A stretch of 64,000 bases of DNA from Haliotis rufescens (lineage: Eukaryota), in contig NW_025963791.1 of the NCBI RefSeq assembly GCF_023055435.1, positions 33,294,001 to 33,358,000 on the forward strand. The letters are read 5' to 3'. Positions 39,260 through 52,800 of this stretch are shown here, in pieces; the stretch's first letter is position 1, and the number at the start of each line of letters is the position of its first letter. The notes under the pieces were generated by a model, which did not search any database, was not told the origin of the DNA, and saw nothing but the letters and a program-made list of their open reading frames with translations. The position numbers and the translations under genes were made by a program.

Positions 39260-39326
39260 AACGACATCACGTGACAGAGCATGATCACGTGATGTTATCT
39301 TGACACTACGTTACCGGAAGGTAAGA
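39260..39326 (+). promoter_or_regulatory. Candidate promoter / non-coding first exon end of TRIM gene 3
   Basis: Two TCACGTGA E-boxes (39267-39274, 39285-39292), CCGGAAG ETS-like motif and strong donor AG|GTAAGA at 39321; the ATG at 41200 directly follows an acceptor, so an upstream exon must exist. Confidence 0.45.
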
Positions 39327-39872
39327 CAGTGCCCATTTTCGTTCATCTCTTAACATATACAAACACGTATGCATGTCAGCTTCATTGCCATCTTAGAGTA
39401 TAAGTCTCCCTGTGTACCCGGGGTGTATTTCTTGTAAAGTAAACTCATTTCTCTGGTCATTAACAGATGAACTGAACAAACACATTTCCATACATACTTG
39501 TTTTGTGTGTCATTGCAGCATGCATACTTCTACTTTCGTTATGTTGATTTCATGGCACCTGGGTCTCTGCTTTGTTTCCTAAATAATACTTGGTGTAGGA
39601 AAGATCTTCTTTTGACAACACACTTCCATGTTTATAATTTGTCATATGATTGATATTTATATCCATGCGATGATCCAATCCAATAAACTTATCCGGGACA
39701 CAATGTGGTATTGGCGTTTGCATACAATGGCTTCAAGGGACACAACCTCGCCTTGCAATAGTGAATGAAACATTCGTAAAATGACTTCTAGTGATTGTAA
39801 AATACATTATTAAACAACTCTGACTGTGCATAGTTGCTTTGGCTGTAAAATAACAAGCCCCTGTTTACAGGT

Positions 39873-40223
39873 TGTGAAATGGGGTTTAACGTCGCGTCCA
39901 AGATTATTGCACTTATATAGCGACGTGCATGTACGTGTGTGTGTTTGTGTGGCTGCTTCTACTAGTCCGGACTGATGCCGATTTATAGTGCGAGCTCACT
40001 GAGATACCATGCCGCAGTTTAACATGAATACCCACCCCACTCAGACACAGTATACTGACTCCGAGCCGACCAGACCTTGTTTTAGCTCCTTAATGCCGAG
40101 CGGCAGACAGGGTAACAACAAGTACCATCTTTTGACGTCTTTTGGTATGACGCGGCCGGGGATCGAACCCCCGACCTTCCGCTCTCCGGGCGGACGCTCT
40201 TACACTAGACCACGGAGGCGGTC
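39873..40223 (-). mobile_element. SINE family B, full length
   Basis: tRNA-like head (GGTCTAGTG..GGTTCGATCCC), central CATACCAAAAGACG..AAAAGATGGTACTTG block, TSD CCCTGTTTACA. Confidence 0.92.
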
Positions 40224-40729
40224 CCTGTTTACATGTGTAATGATGAGCAATGTTTGGTTAATAACTGTTTTCAAAGTTACATATTTTTACATCTAATATC
40301 TGATATGTTACATCTAAATACATGGCTATCTTCCACAATTTCACCACGATTACAGTTTGTACACTGTCAGCTATCACATTAGACAACCAGCGTCCTGAAC
40401 AACAGAGCATTTTCTGTATATGTAGAGCATGTTCTGCTCTACTGGCAGCACCCGCCAATCACATAATTTGTGTAAACAAAGTAAGTGTTTGTTTGTTGAC
40501 TGACGCCGTACAGCTGTACTCCTGTCAATTCTCATGGACGCCATTTTCAACAATCCCAGAATTCAGTTCTGATGACCATATGGGTGGGTAGGCTTGAGTG
40601 TGTGAGAGTGTAAGTAAGTGAGTGAGTAAGGAAGGTGTAACGCCGCTTCAAACAATAATTGAGTGATGTCACGGCCTGTCAGCTTGATGTTGGAGAAAAC
40701 TCCGAAGTGACGCAAATCTTAGGTTATGA

Positions 40730-41010
40730 GTGAGTGAGTGAGTTTGGTTTAACGCCGCTTTTAACAGTATTCAAGTTATATCGCGGCGTGTCAGCTTAAT
40801 GTGGGAGGAAAGGCCGAAGTGATGCAGGTCTCAGACGTTTACCACTTCGGTGAAACCCACGAGCACGGGTATGGTGCTGACAAACCGAGAAACATAATCG
40901 GGGCGAACCGGGATTCGAACCCACAATCATAGGTTTCTAGCGTGCCCAAGGGACGCAACTCTGCACAGCTAATCGCGGCGCCTTAGACGACTGGGCCACC
41001 CGTGCCCCCC
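40730..41010 (-). mobile_element. tRNA-derived SINE family C (~280 bp), inserted next to/into an older family C remnant (40615-40716)
   Basis: Head GGTGGCCCAGTCGTCTAAGGCGCC..GGGTTCGAATCCC; (ACTC)n tail; TSD TCTTAGGTTATGA / TCTTAGGCTATGA. Confidence 0.9.
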
Positions 41011-41199
41011 TCTTAGGCTATGAACATATGCACGGTCAATACATGATAAATTAACACAAATAGTGGATAAGAATGATTATAATGACAGGCTGACGCCCTG
41101 GTAGAATATGTGCTTCTTTCTTGTGATAAAGTATAGATACAGGAAATGGTCAAATACAGGTATTGACATATATCTATTTTGTTTATTTTTTCTCTGCAG

Positions 41200-43768
41200 A
41201 TGGCGACCCCCCAGGATTTAACGGATAAATTCCTGAAATGTGCAATCTGTTTCAATGTGTACACACACCCGTGCACTCTGAACTGCGGTCACACGTTCTG
41301 TCAGGGCTGTCTTCTCAAATTTGTTGAAACAAAATCAGGTGCGGTACAGTCTAAGTCGATCCCCTGCCCCTGCTGTCGACAAGATACCAAGGTGCCCGAC
41401 CCCAGCAGACCTGTAGGGGAGTGGGTCACCCAGATCAAACCAAGCATCATTATACAGGGGTTGATTGAATCCCTAAGTTCCGAAGGAAACCATGCTTCAG
41501 ACGGTAGGTCGACATCATTGTTGTACATGAACCTTTATACCAAAATAACACAAAACACAAATAAGTATGTGACCCTCTGACACAATAAAGAGTGAGTGAG
41601 TATGGTTTTACGCCGCTTTTAGCAATATTCCAGCAATATCACGGCGGGGGACACCAGAAATGGGCTTCACACATTGTACCCATATCGGGAATCGAACCCG
41701 GGTCTTCGGCGTGACGAGCGAACGCTTTAACCACTAGGCTACCCGACCGCCCCTCTGACACAATAAAGTTGTGAAGGAAACTATGCTCCAGATGTTAAGT
41801 TAACATCGGTTTGGTCAGGAAGCCTAATACCAGTAACTACATACTTATGTGAACCTCTGGTACATTAAAGCTCTGTAGGACACTATGATTAAGATGGTAG
41901 GTTGGAATCATTGCTATGTGACCCACTGTTCCAATAAAGAACATACACTGATACTGTCAAATATATCACCTCGTTTATGACTACAGTAAACAACGGATAA
42001 AACGAACTCAAAGGGATAGCTAAGTTTAGTTTGTTATAACCGTAATTCGTTATAAGCATATATACAACATATATACAGCAAATGGCCGGGACCAAAGAAT
42101 GAATTCGTTATATCCGTCAGTTCGTTATAAGCGTGTTCGTTATAACCGTAGTTTACTGTATATTAAATGCTCTTTCATGTTGTAGGAGGCTGCCCTGCAC
42201 GTCAGTGCTCTGTCTGCAAAAAGCAAGGTGCAAAAAGGAAGCATTGCATGGAGTGCGATACTTTATTCTGTACAAAGTGTGGGCGTAGTCACCTGGGTAG
42301 TCACACCCATACCCTTCGTGACTTGACAGAGACCATTTCTAGCAATGACAGGTGCAGAGTCATGTGTAAAGAACACAAACAGAAATGTATCGAGTTCCAT
42401 TGTAACAACTGTCAGACGTCCGCCTGTGGGACATGCTGCATTCTCTACCACAGGACGTGTTCATCTCTTGTCACCATTGAATCCATGAAATCGCAAATGG
42501 AAATATTTATTTCACGAAAAGTTGCTCAAACATCCGCAAAAGTTGACCTATTCACAAAGAAGGTATCTGTGTTGGAGGTTGACATGGCAATGGCCAACTC
42601 TATTGCAGATTCCGTGAAGGAAAGAATTATCTCTGTCACAGAGGCAGCAATTAGAGAAATTGAGGAAAAGAAAAAAAAGAAAATTAGTGAATTAGAAGAA
42701 CTGTTAGCTCCCACTCAAGCTCATCTTAAGACCAGTGAGATTGAGTTGCAAATGCACCAACAGCATCGTGAGTTTATGAAGAGGACATTGCACGCAGGGA
42801 ATCATATGGAGCTTTATATTGCATGTATGAGCACAGAGACAGACAAGCTCAGTAACTTGAGAGACAAAGAAGATGGAGAACGAATAGAGAGAATTGATTT
42901 TACTGAAAACACCGACATTATGGACATACAACTCGGGAAGATCAGCTTAAAATACAACGGTGATTCTAATCTGATATCTGTCCCTCAAATGTATAAGACA
43001 ATTGACTCAAGGACTGATGAGAGTGACATGAAAGATCCTTTTCTACTTGACATTACTGTTCTCTCAGTTAACGGCAGAGAGACAGTCGTTGTTTCTGACA
43101 CAACCAACACATGTTTGAAATCCTTCTTTGATAGGAACTACCAGTCATGTAGTAGTAAACTTTCCTTTGAGAATGCTCCAAGAGGAATAGCGAAGCTGAG
43201 CGAGAACCAGGTGATGTGTACTGTGACTGGACAGCTAGCAGTAGTAAACGTCACCCCCGACTTAGTGCTTTCGTCAACCATTGCAACAAGCAGGTCGTAC
43301 ACTAGTCTTGCTTTTCCGAATCCTTCATCACTAGTAGCAGGTGGCATCGGAAGTGTGGACATCCTGAATACGAAGTACCAGGTAGTGAAGACATTTACTA
43401 CACACAACGATGACACACTGTTCATGTGGCCCGGCTATATGTGTGTCTGCAACTATGGCAACATACTTGTCTCTGATTGGTGTAAGAAGTCTGTGACTTG
43501 TCTGACCCCGGATGGAAATGTAGGTGTTTACAAACCTACTGGAGATAGAGCTCTATCCAACCCAAGAGGCATTGCAACTACGTACACCGGTGATATCCTG
43601 TTAGCTAACGATAATAAAGTCTTACAGCTGACGGAATCGGGAGAGTTCGTCAGGGATGTTCTCACCTCACGGGATGGTATCACACTGGCACAAGGTCTGT
43701 GTGTAGACAGGAAAGGTTCACTGTTTGTGTGCGATGGCAGCAACATCAAAGCATTCATTTTTGCATGA
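41200..43768 (+). CDS. TRIM-NHL gene 3, intact (628 aa), divergent paralogue
   Basis: Exon 41200-41503 (RING CAICFNVYTHPCTLNCGHTFCQGC...CPCC), phase-1 intron, exon 42186-43768 (two B-boxes, coiled coil, NHL-like repeats GNILVSD, PRGIATTYTGDILLA, AQGLCVDRKGSLFVCD); same intron position as genes 1 and 2. Confidence 0.92.
41591..41753 (-). mobile_element. SINE family A in the TRIM gene 3 intron
   Basis: Full length; 15-bp TSD TCTGACACAATAAAG. Confidence 0.93.
41984..42158. mobile_element. Tc1/mariner-type MITE in the TRIM gene 3 intron
   Basis: TA-CAGTAAAC...GTTTACTG-TA termini, internal TTCGTTATA repeats. Confidence 0.78.
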
Positions 43769-45379
43769 GGATATATATGGATTACATGCAACTGCTTTGT
43801 GGTTAATTTGTAGGAGTTAATGTATGTGAATCATGCAGGGAAGATTAAATACCTAAACAGAAAGTAGGATCATTAAGCGTTGCCATTAACAACCATTAAC
43901 CTTCATTAACTCACTCTTCTGAGCTGCAACTGATCATCATCCTTATTTGGTGATAATAGCTTTTGGAATATCAGACTGAAAAAAACACTCAATACTTTGT
44001 CATAAACACCATCGTGGGTTCGCATTATTCTGCAAACAATGTAATTGTCTCTATGGCAGAGTAATATTTTGTACATACAAGTTAGGTTTTAAGTCTATTT
44101 TAGCTATAGTTTTATACACATTCTATTCATATTTGAATTAAGTTCATAGTTTATTTACTATGTCTTACTTTTGCCATATAATTGTATTTCAACTTAAATA
44201 TTAATACCATAGCTTATCTATTTATTCATTCAGTCTATTATTTATCCAGCCTTGACTAACCATACCACTGCATGCTTTTCACCCACAGCACTTAGTATCC
44301 CACCCCGCGCATAGAGTACTGTATTGTTCTCTGTGGTCACTCACAGCTGACCACAGGTATACCTTTGTTTGCTTGTGATCTGGGGCAGTTGCCAGATTAC
44401 ACTTGACGTATGTACTTCACAGTCATTTTGTATATATTTTGAATGGATCTTGTCTTGTATTCATGGATCCAATAGATGTGATTATTTCATGGATTTGAAG
44501 GTTAGTCGTAGTATATTTCCTGTGTGATACTTCATGTATTTGTGTATTTCTAATTCTTAAAGTTAGAAATAAGTTGTGCTTGGTTTAATGCTAATCAGGT
44601 TGTGTATTGAATTCACAGTTCAGTGTATTCTGGTTGCGATTATTTTATATGATAAAGTATTATAAAGCAGTTTCTTTAATTGATAAATAGCTAATTTATC
44701 CTAGGCTATTATCATCTTAACTTGAACATTAACTAAATAAAACTAAACCCTAAATAAACTGTAGTAATTCTATACCTCATATCACATTAAGGTAATTATG
44801 TTAATTGTGTATAAGAATGTATGCGTATGTGTGAAAGTGCATTATTTAAGTAATTTGATCAATCCTTATTTTAAATACCTATTTTACTTATGTGTTGTGT
44901 ATAATTATAGTGTAAATAGTATCTGAATTAGTTTATACTTTGTCAGTGCATATGTAACTGGTACAATCTTGGAAGCCTTGGTGACACGGCACAGGTTTCA
45001 CCAATCTGGTATGTATTGTTTTTGGTGTTATTCATGACTGTATAAATGTGTGCATCTATATATATGCTGCGTATATCTTTGTAATGATCATATAGTATTG
45101 TACCTGTCTAGTGTTATGACAGGAGACATGGTTTATGTTTAGTTTAAACTGATTATAGGGTCATAAGCATATTATATTATCATATCATTGTGCAGGTTAC
45201 CCCCCTACATGTGTAACATAGGTTTCTCGCTATTTGAAGTTCATATAATTGAATGTCCATTAGATTTAAGGCCAATATGTATGTTATAACAATGTCAATA
45301 TTCTATGTCTTGTATGCAATATGTCTTATTATTTATACATTGTTGCAGGCCGTATTTATTCACCTTTCTCTTCCGAGAG

Positions 45380-45603
45380 GGACCGCCTCCGTGGTCTAGT
45401 GGTAGAGCGTCCGCCCGGAGAGCGGAAGGTCCGGGGTTCGATCCCCGACCGCTTCATACCAAAAGACGTTAAAAGATGGTACTTGTTGTTATCGGCATCA
45501 GTCCAGTCTAGTTCAAGCAGCCACACACACACGTGCATGCACGTCGCTATATAAGTGCATTAATCTTGGACGCGACGTTAAACCCAATTTCACCTCACCT
45601 CAC
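45380..45603 (+). mobile_element. SINE family B with internal deletion
   Basis: Head and tail intact, middle missing; TSD CTCTTCCGAGAG / CTCTTCTGAGAG. Confidence 0.9.
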
Positions 45604-46270
45604 CTCTTCTGAGAGAATAAACAGCCATCAGCTCACGCCCTGTAGCCCGTTTGTTGTGTGTTAACCACCCCGACAACTAGGTGCTACTATATCTCCAACT
45701 TGTGTTTATCGGTATACTTGTCAGTGAGTTCTTGATGTTTCACGTACAAAGTACAGGTTAGACTGGACGCAGTGGCTGTTTTCAAAAGGAATATTTAAAA
45801 ATATATATAAACTCATCCCTGGTGTGCTCACACTTTGCATGAAAAACTCTGAAAACATTTCATAATTCTTGAAACAAATTGTTTCAAAATATATTTTGTG
45901 CCGCATATTCTTTGCTTGTTTAATATTTTCAGATATTCTATATTTTACTTATAGTCTATAAGTAGTTTTATTAAAACGGAACGAAACGCACGTTCGTCTT
46001 CATTGGTTTTTCGAATTCGAAATAAACCTCTTTTATGTATCACTGTCTCCTTGGTTTGTTGCCCTCGTGGTTGAATTTTGCTTTGTGTCCCTTTCCTGAA
46101 TGTGGATAGAAACGGGCTGGCGTTTCTTATCTTCCCCCTTAGATATGGAGAGCGAGTGATGTTGAGTTTAGAGCTGCAATAAGAACATGGATAAGCCCTG
46201 ACAAAAACAGTTGGCAGCTCCCCTTCATGACATTAAATCAACATGACTTCGGACACGGCCATGGACAATG

Positions 46271-46543
46271 GGAGGCACAGGTGGCCCAGTCGTCTATGGC
46301 GCCGCGATTCGCTGTGCAGAGTTGCGTCCCTTGGGCACGCCAGAAACCTATGGTTGTGGGTTCGAATCCCGATTCGCCCCGATTATGTTTCTAGGTTTGT
46401 CAGCGCCATACCCGTGCTCGTGGGTTTCATCGAAGTGGTAAACGTCTGAGACCTGCAACCCTGGGCTTTCCTCCGACATCGCTGGCACGCCGTGATATGA
46501 CTGGAATACTGTTAAAAGCGGCGTTAAACCCAACTCACTCACT
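46271..46543 (+). mobile_element. SINE family C
   Basis: Matches 40730-41010; TSD CATGGACAATG / CATAGACAATG; an inverted remnant follows at ~46570-46700. Confidence 0.9.
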
Positions 46544-46805
46544 CATAGACAATGAGTGGATGAGCTGGTATTCGGCACTGCTTGAGATGTTATTTCAGTT
46601 TTATCGCTGTGTCAGCTTAATGTGGAAGGGATGATGCAATTCTGAGGTGTTTACATATTTGGTGAAACCCACGATCACGGGCGTGGTGCTGACAAACTAA
46701 TGGTCATCAACATGCCAGTCCGCATCATGGCAACTGATGCAACTGTGCAGAGCGAAGTAATGTACCGGTAAAACGACTCGATCACTTACTTCTCTTTATT
46801 ACTCA

Positions 46806-47080
46806 GGGGGCACGGGTGGCCCACTCGTCTAGGGGGGCGCGATTCGCTGTGCAGAGTTGCGTCCCTTGGGCACGCCAGAAAGCTATATTGTGGGTTCGAA
46901 TCCCGGTTCGAACCGATTATGTTTCTAGGTTTGTCAGCACCATACCCGTGCTCGTGGGTTTCACCGAAATGGCAAACGTCTGAGACCTGCATCACTTCGG
47001 GCTTTCCTCCCACATTAAGCTGACACGCCGTGATATAACTGGAATAAAGTTAAAAGCGGCGTTAAACCAAACTCACTCAC
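46806..47080 (+). mobile_element. SINE family C
   Basis: TSD TCTTTATTACTCA. Confidence 0.92.
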
Positions 47081-47342
47081 TCTTTATTACTCAGAAGAAA
47101 CACCTTGGTTCGGGGTGGCACATTGCTATAGACATGATATAAGTCCTATATATAAAAAGCGGCAGCAAGACGATTACAATTGATTATTTAGGTATCTAAG
47201 CCAGCGATTCCAAGTACAATGATACTAATTGACAAGGGGAAAATGAACAATGTCATATCATCTTTAACGTTTCTAACAAACTAAATATTTCGTTACAAAT
47301 GAACAAATTATGACACAACCCAGTCAGACAAAAGGCGTAGTT

Positions 47343-47509
47343 GGGCGGTCGGGCAGCCTAGTGGTTAAAGCGTTCGCTCGTCACGCCGAAGACCAAGGTT
47401 CGATTCCCCACATGGGTACAATGTTTGAAGCCCATTTCTGGTATCCCCCGCCGTGATATATTGCTGGAATAATGATAAAGTGGCGTAAAACAATACTCAC
47501 TCACTGAGT
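47343..47509 (+). mobile_element. SINE family A
   Basis: TSD AAAGGCGTAGTT. Confidence 0.92.
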
Positions 47510-49813
47510 AAAGGCGTAGTTATTAGGCCTACATCTTGGGATGGATTAACATTTAAGCCCGAAGATCCAACTCCGGTTCTAATTCTTGCCTCATAGCATC
47601 AATATGAAGATCTAAATCTTCAGCAATATATATATATATAGTTCTACCAGTTGAAGAATAACCCAGTAAAGTTCTTGTCCTCGCATATAAACCACCAGTG
47701 AGGATGCTCAAGTCAATATAACTGAACCAGCTAAACTACTTTCAATTTGTTGACATATGTCAACATTGGAGAACTTCGATGGTGGGTATATACTATATAT
47801 CTATATCACTCCAAACATATACACGCCATACGTTAACTGGAATTAACTATCAGACAGGTTCACCCATAAATCTATGTTAACATCACACTGTACTACTGAT
47901 ACATCGTCTATGATAGCTGTTATTGTCTCCCTCACGATCTCATTGCTTCTGAAGCATCTCGTGGATCTGGTGATCTGTGGATCCGAGGATCCGGTAAAGA
48001 AGCGGAATAGGCACACAGCAGAGAGAATTATTAACACATGCTTATTACAGAGTCGGAATCAAAAGCTTCAGGTGGACAAACAGGTCACCAACTTGTTCAA
48101 TGACAATTTGCTATAAAACATCACCAGACATGCTGATTTACCATTTCTTATGATTTTGAAAAGTTTTTAAAGATTTTATTCACATAGCATTGTTCGCCAC
48201 TATGTTGCATTTTAGTACCTGTTTTCTAACATTTCGTTTTCCTTACTTGTCTAACCTCTCTTATGCAGTCACTAATGTCATCAGAGAATTGCTCTTCAAT
48301 CCTTTGGGGTTTTCCTTGAAGCCCCTTACCTTCTTTCCTGAAATCTATCTCGTTCTAGGGTGATGTTGAACTTGGCTGTGGCGGATCTTGTTGGGGGGGG
48401 GGGGGGGGGGGGGGGGGGCGTGTCTTTGTGATCCTGTTCTATCGTTTATTCGGAAGTGCACGGTATCAGAGTCGACTTAAGTTCTTCATTTCAGGACTTT
48501 CTCGGTTGACCAGGGTCATCTTCCGAGTTCGACTCCTTAATTCCCGTATAGACTGGTGAAGGTTGTCTTTCAATAATATACAAGGAAGATCAAACACGTA
48601 TTCCCTAATCTTAAGATTTTCCCTCTGCCTGTCAATACTTCATCCAGGACAATCAAACACCTGTCATTGGAGCGCCCTAATATAAAAATCAAATATTTGT
48701 TTTCAACAATGAACTCATTAAATGTTCTACTGATAAATTCTATATCTGACTCAATTAACGCTACCTTTCACAGAATCCAATTCTTCGGTGGCCCCAAAAC
48801 GACTCTTAACTTTGTCTTGTACCATTGGTGGTATACTGTCATCTTACTTCGTCATATACTTTCATGAACTACCAAATTTGTAATGGTTATGTTTTTCATG
48901 TTACGTGAATTATAGCAAATTATACATATGTACAAGAGGTTGTTGTCTGTGAAATCCAAGATCAAACATCGTGAGCTCTGTGTTCAATAATCGGTTTTCC
49001 CTGTTGAGTTTAACAATATTTTAACACTGAAACCACCTATATATAACGTGCACACACTGACGTCAAAACAACAGCTGTTCCCCATGTTGTGTGTCGTCGT
49101 TGATGGCAGGATAGAGCTAGCAGAATGTCAAGGAGGCTGGTCTATCTTATGTCATTTTTCCTGTCATAGACGCTATACCAAAAACAGCCGTTACGGATTT
49201 GAAGAACAGTGCCTGAATTATTTTTTTATACACGGAACAAACAGTCATGCCACAGCAAACCTCCCTTGAATACCTAATTTTCATGAAGAGAATGTCTTTA
49301 TTTCACGCAGAGCAATACTTACAGTTTCTTAACTTGCACTGAATGGACTCTACGGAGACTGGTCTCACTGCAGGGAGAATTAACCTCTCGGGGCTGCGCC
49401 CCCACAGTTTATTCTCCCTGCAGTGTTTTAATCAACCATAAACAACTTCCACTCGTCGTTTATTTCTTAAGTAAACGTCACATTTATTGCAAAGAAAAAA
49501 AATAAATTATTTCTTGAAATAATTTTCTTCAATGTGTCATGTAGTTTAATAGTAGTTTGATATATCAAACAAAAACAAAGTTATGTACGTATGGAATTTA
49601 CAACTGTTCCAAATTATTTTATTTATGTTTCACAAACTATATATAGATTCGCCTTTGCCAGACTAAAAGTGATCTTTGCGCTACGATGGGCGTAAGGAAA
49701 ATTATCCTGTTTAAAACATGGCAGTGACATCTTCACATCTCGTTGTGCACACGACTCATTCAGCTGGATGTCGGAATGGATAAACGAGTTTCCATTCAGT
49801 GCGGAGTTACAAT

Positions 49814-52800
49814 ATGGCGGCGCTCGCGGATGGGTTTTCTCTTGCCAAGTTATCAGAAGAATCCGCACTAATTGGGATAGAAAAGGGAGAAAAACCAAAT
49901 GCAGTGATCATAACATCGAAGACCGGTTTCATAAATGAATATAAGGTAGATTACAGTGTATATCTATTGATGATGAGCAGTTTTAACATACTGGAAAACG
50001 ACATCCACGTGTGTTTTGATGGGAATGACCCTTATTTTCGTGCATCAAACGGGACACTTAATATGTTTCAGACACTGCTTAAGAGGTTGCGTTTTGTGTA
50101 AAAATGTCAACGACTTCTATAAAATAATTGACTAGTCATGACATCAAAGAAAAGCTAATAAAACCGTTTGAGTGGCATGCAGTGATATTTCTGCAGACAA
50201 ATGCCATTACTGTGGGACAGATTCATGATTTTTCAACTCTTGAGTTTTACAAAGAAAGATTTTATGACAATCAGTCCATGTCCTTGACAATGAACCAATC
50301 TGAAATCCAGAATGTGTCAGGTCAAATACTAAAATGTTATAATAATAAAGATCTAAAAGCATAATGTGTTGTACGTTATTGCCTATCTGTATCAGTGTCG
50401 ATCATGAATACATAAGCCATTGTTTTTTAACATATTTACACCATGAAGTAGTTCGTAATTTAAGGTATTCAATACAGGGATTTAGCTTCGAAGCGGATAT
50501 TTCGCCCGACATCTGCAGCAAATATCAGTAAAATTTCCCTATTGGAATTAATCATTTCACTTCTTTGAGAGGCATTTAGAAGTTGGAGTACTAAGCAGGG
50601 ATAAGATATATGGATGAATGTGGCAATCACAAAGTTGCAATCACATCAATCAACCAACTCAACAACCTGGAAAACAAGTACATCCACTCAGCTCCTAATT
50701 GTAATAAAGAAGTTGTTCATCCATATATCTTATCCTTACTTAAACTTAAACATTTCACAACTGAGTCTTATCATGTTCATGCTGTTATAGTTGTAACTAA
50801 TGTTATGTTGATGTTGAGATGCCTTGTATTTCACTACTAACAGTACCAATATAGAGGAATAACAGGATCAATATAGACATGATATAGAGGAATAACAGGA
50901 TCAATATAGACATGACAGAGGGAAAGGGTGCAGTACTTAGTTTGACATCGTTACATATTTGAATACAATGTTAATAGTCATTCTTAACATGGTTGCCGAA
51001 ATTAAAATATCTCTGAAAATGATTTGAACAAAATATTGATTTTTCCAAGTTTGTTTGTGAAGACGACTTAGGTTGGAATTCTAGATAAATTCCAGCAGTA
51101 GTTAAATTAAGTTTGTTTGTTTATTTGTTGTTTAACGCTGCACTCAGCAATATTCCTCTGTGATACTGATAGCAGTTTGTAAATAATCAAGGCTGCACCA
51201 AACAATCCTGTGATTGATGTCATGAACATTAATCCAAGCAAACCGGGATACAATGACAACCAAATCAGAGAGCCTGACCACCTGGTCACTTTAGTCGCCT
51301 CTCAGTCTCACGACAATCATAGTCGCCTCTCACGACAATCATAGTCGCCTCTTACGACAATCATAGTCGCCTCTTGCGGCAAGCATGGGTTACTGAAGTT
51401 AAGTAAATGAAGTATGTGTCCTATGGCTCTGATGAATGTTTACATTGTTTAGTCCCACTGATAATAATTAACATGAATATGGAATATTTTGATATTAACA
51501 ATAAATGGACACAAAATCAAGGGAGTGCCAACATAATGCATTGCTTGTAGTCATATTCATAAAGACCATGATGACAGGGTTACCTGTCAAATAATGAATA
51601 ACCTGAAATGATCAAAAGGTCCTGTGAGAAAGATTTACATGAACCATATCTACGCCATGAATTCTGGTAGTTTAAAAATTTGTTTAAAAAACAAAAGAAC
51701 ACAATAATGTTTATTACGAACAAAGTCTATGGAGCTCTGTGTTTGAAGTGTTTGAATGTTCTTGTTGCAGTTGTCTGACCAGAAACTGACCAGGAGTTGG
51801 TCACTGCGTCATGGCATCCAGATTACCTGCCCCACTGTTTGGAGCCCCACAAAGGAGGAGTATCTCACAGTACAGAACAAACAGGTCACATGTGCTTTGT
51901 ATTGTCAGTTAATGGATTGACTGATCTAAGTCAAAAGCTACTCACTGATAATGATGATGTCATCATCTGATAATGTTTGTTACATTAGTGTATAATCTAC
52001 ATGGCGTGAATACCAAAGTTTACTAAAAGAAGGCTAATATCTATGGATATTCTTTTTGTTTTGTTTGTTTGGTGTTTAATGCCGCACTCAGCAATATTCC
52101 AGCTATATGACGGCGGTCTGTAAATAATCAAATCTGGACCAGCCAATCCAGTGATTGACTTCATGAACATCGATCAACGTAATTGGGACATGATGACATG
52201 CATCAACCAAGTCAGCAGGCCTGACAACCCGATCCTGTTAGTCACCTTATGCGACAAGCATAGTCGCCTTTTACAGCAAGCATGGGTTGCTGTAGACCTA
52301 TTCTACCTTGGATTTTCACGGGTCCATCTGATCATAGATAGATATAGTAATTTTGTAAATCATTAAATTACTGCATGCAAAAGCCATCTTGTGGTGCCAG
52401 TCCTATATCGCATGCAAAAATTGTTGAGATCTCAGGCTTTGGTCTAAAGTGTGGGCATGAAAATTAATGCAAGTGGTCCTGCAGTTGAACTTTCAACATG
52501 TTCAAAATAAGTCATCATTTGATAACACCAAGACTGTAGACTTAGAATACACATATACAGCCTTATCAATTGGCACTATTCCTGTAGTCCTTGCCAAACT
52601 GCTTAATAGTTATGTATCATAAAGGCTAGTAGAAATTTGCCTTTTTTAAGGCTTTTGCTATATGTTGTTATTATAAGGACTAGTGGACTAAAAATGTTAG
52701 TTTCTGCTGCTGCATGATATAGTATTGGGTATTGCACTTAAATGGAACATTTGTAGAATCATATCATCAGAAAGTTAGGGCGGTCGGGTAGCCTAGTGGT

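Noticed and set aside
41591-41753. tRNA genes at the A/B-box-containing repeats
   Set aside because: Each is followed by SINE body and tail and flanked by TSDs; no complete cloverleaf could be supported
43900-45720. Possible solo LTR in the AT-rich region after TRIM gene 3
   Set aside because: No second copy, clear TG...CA ends or TSD could be identified
48393-48418. Poly-G run as a functional G-quadruplex
   Set aside because: Isolated homopolymer of uncertain length with no supporting context
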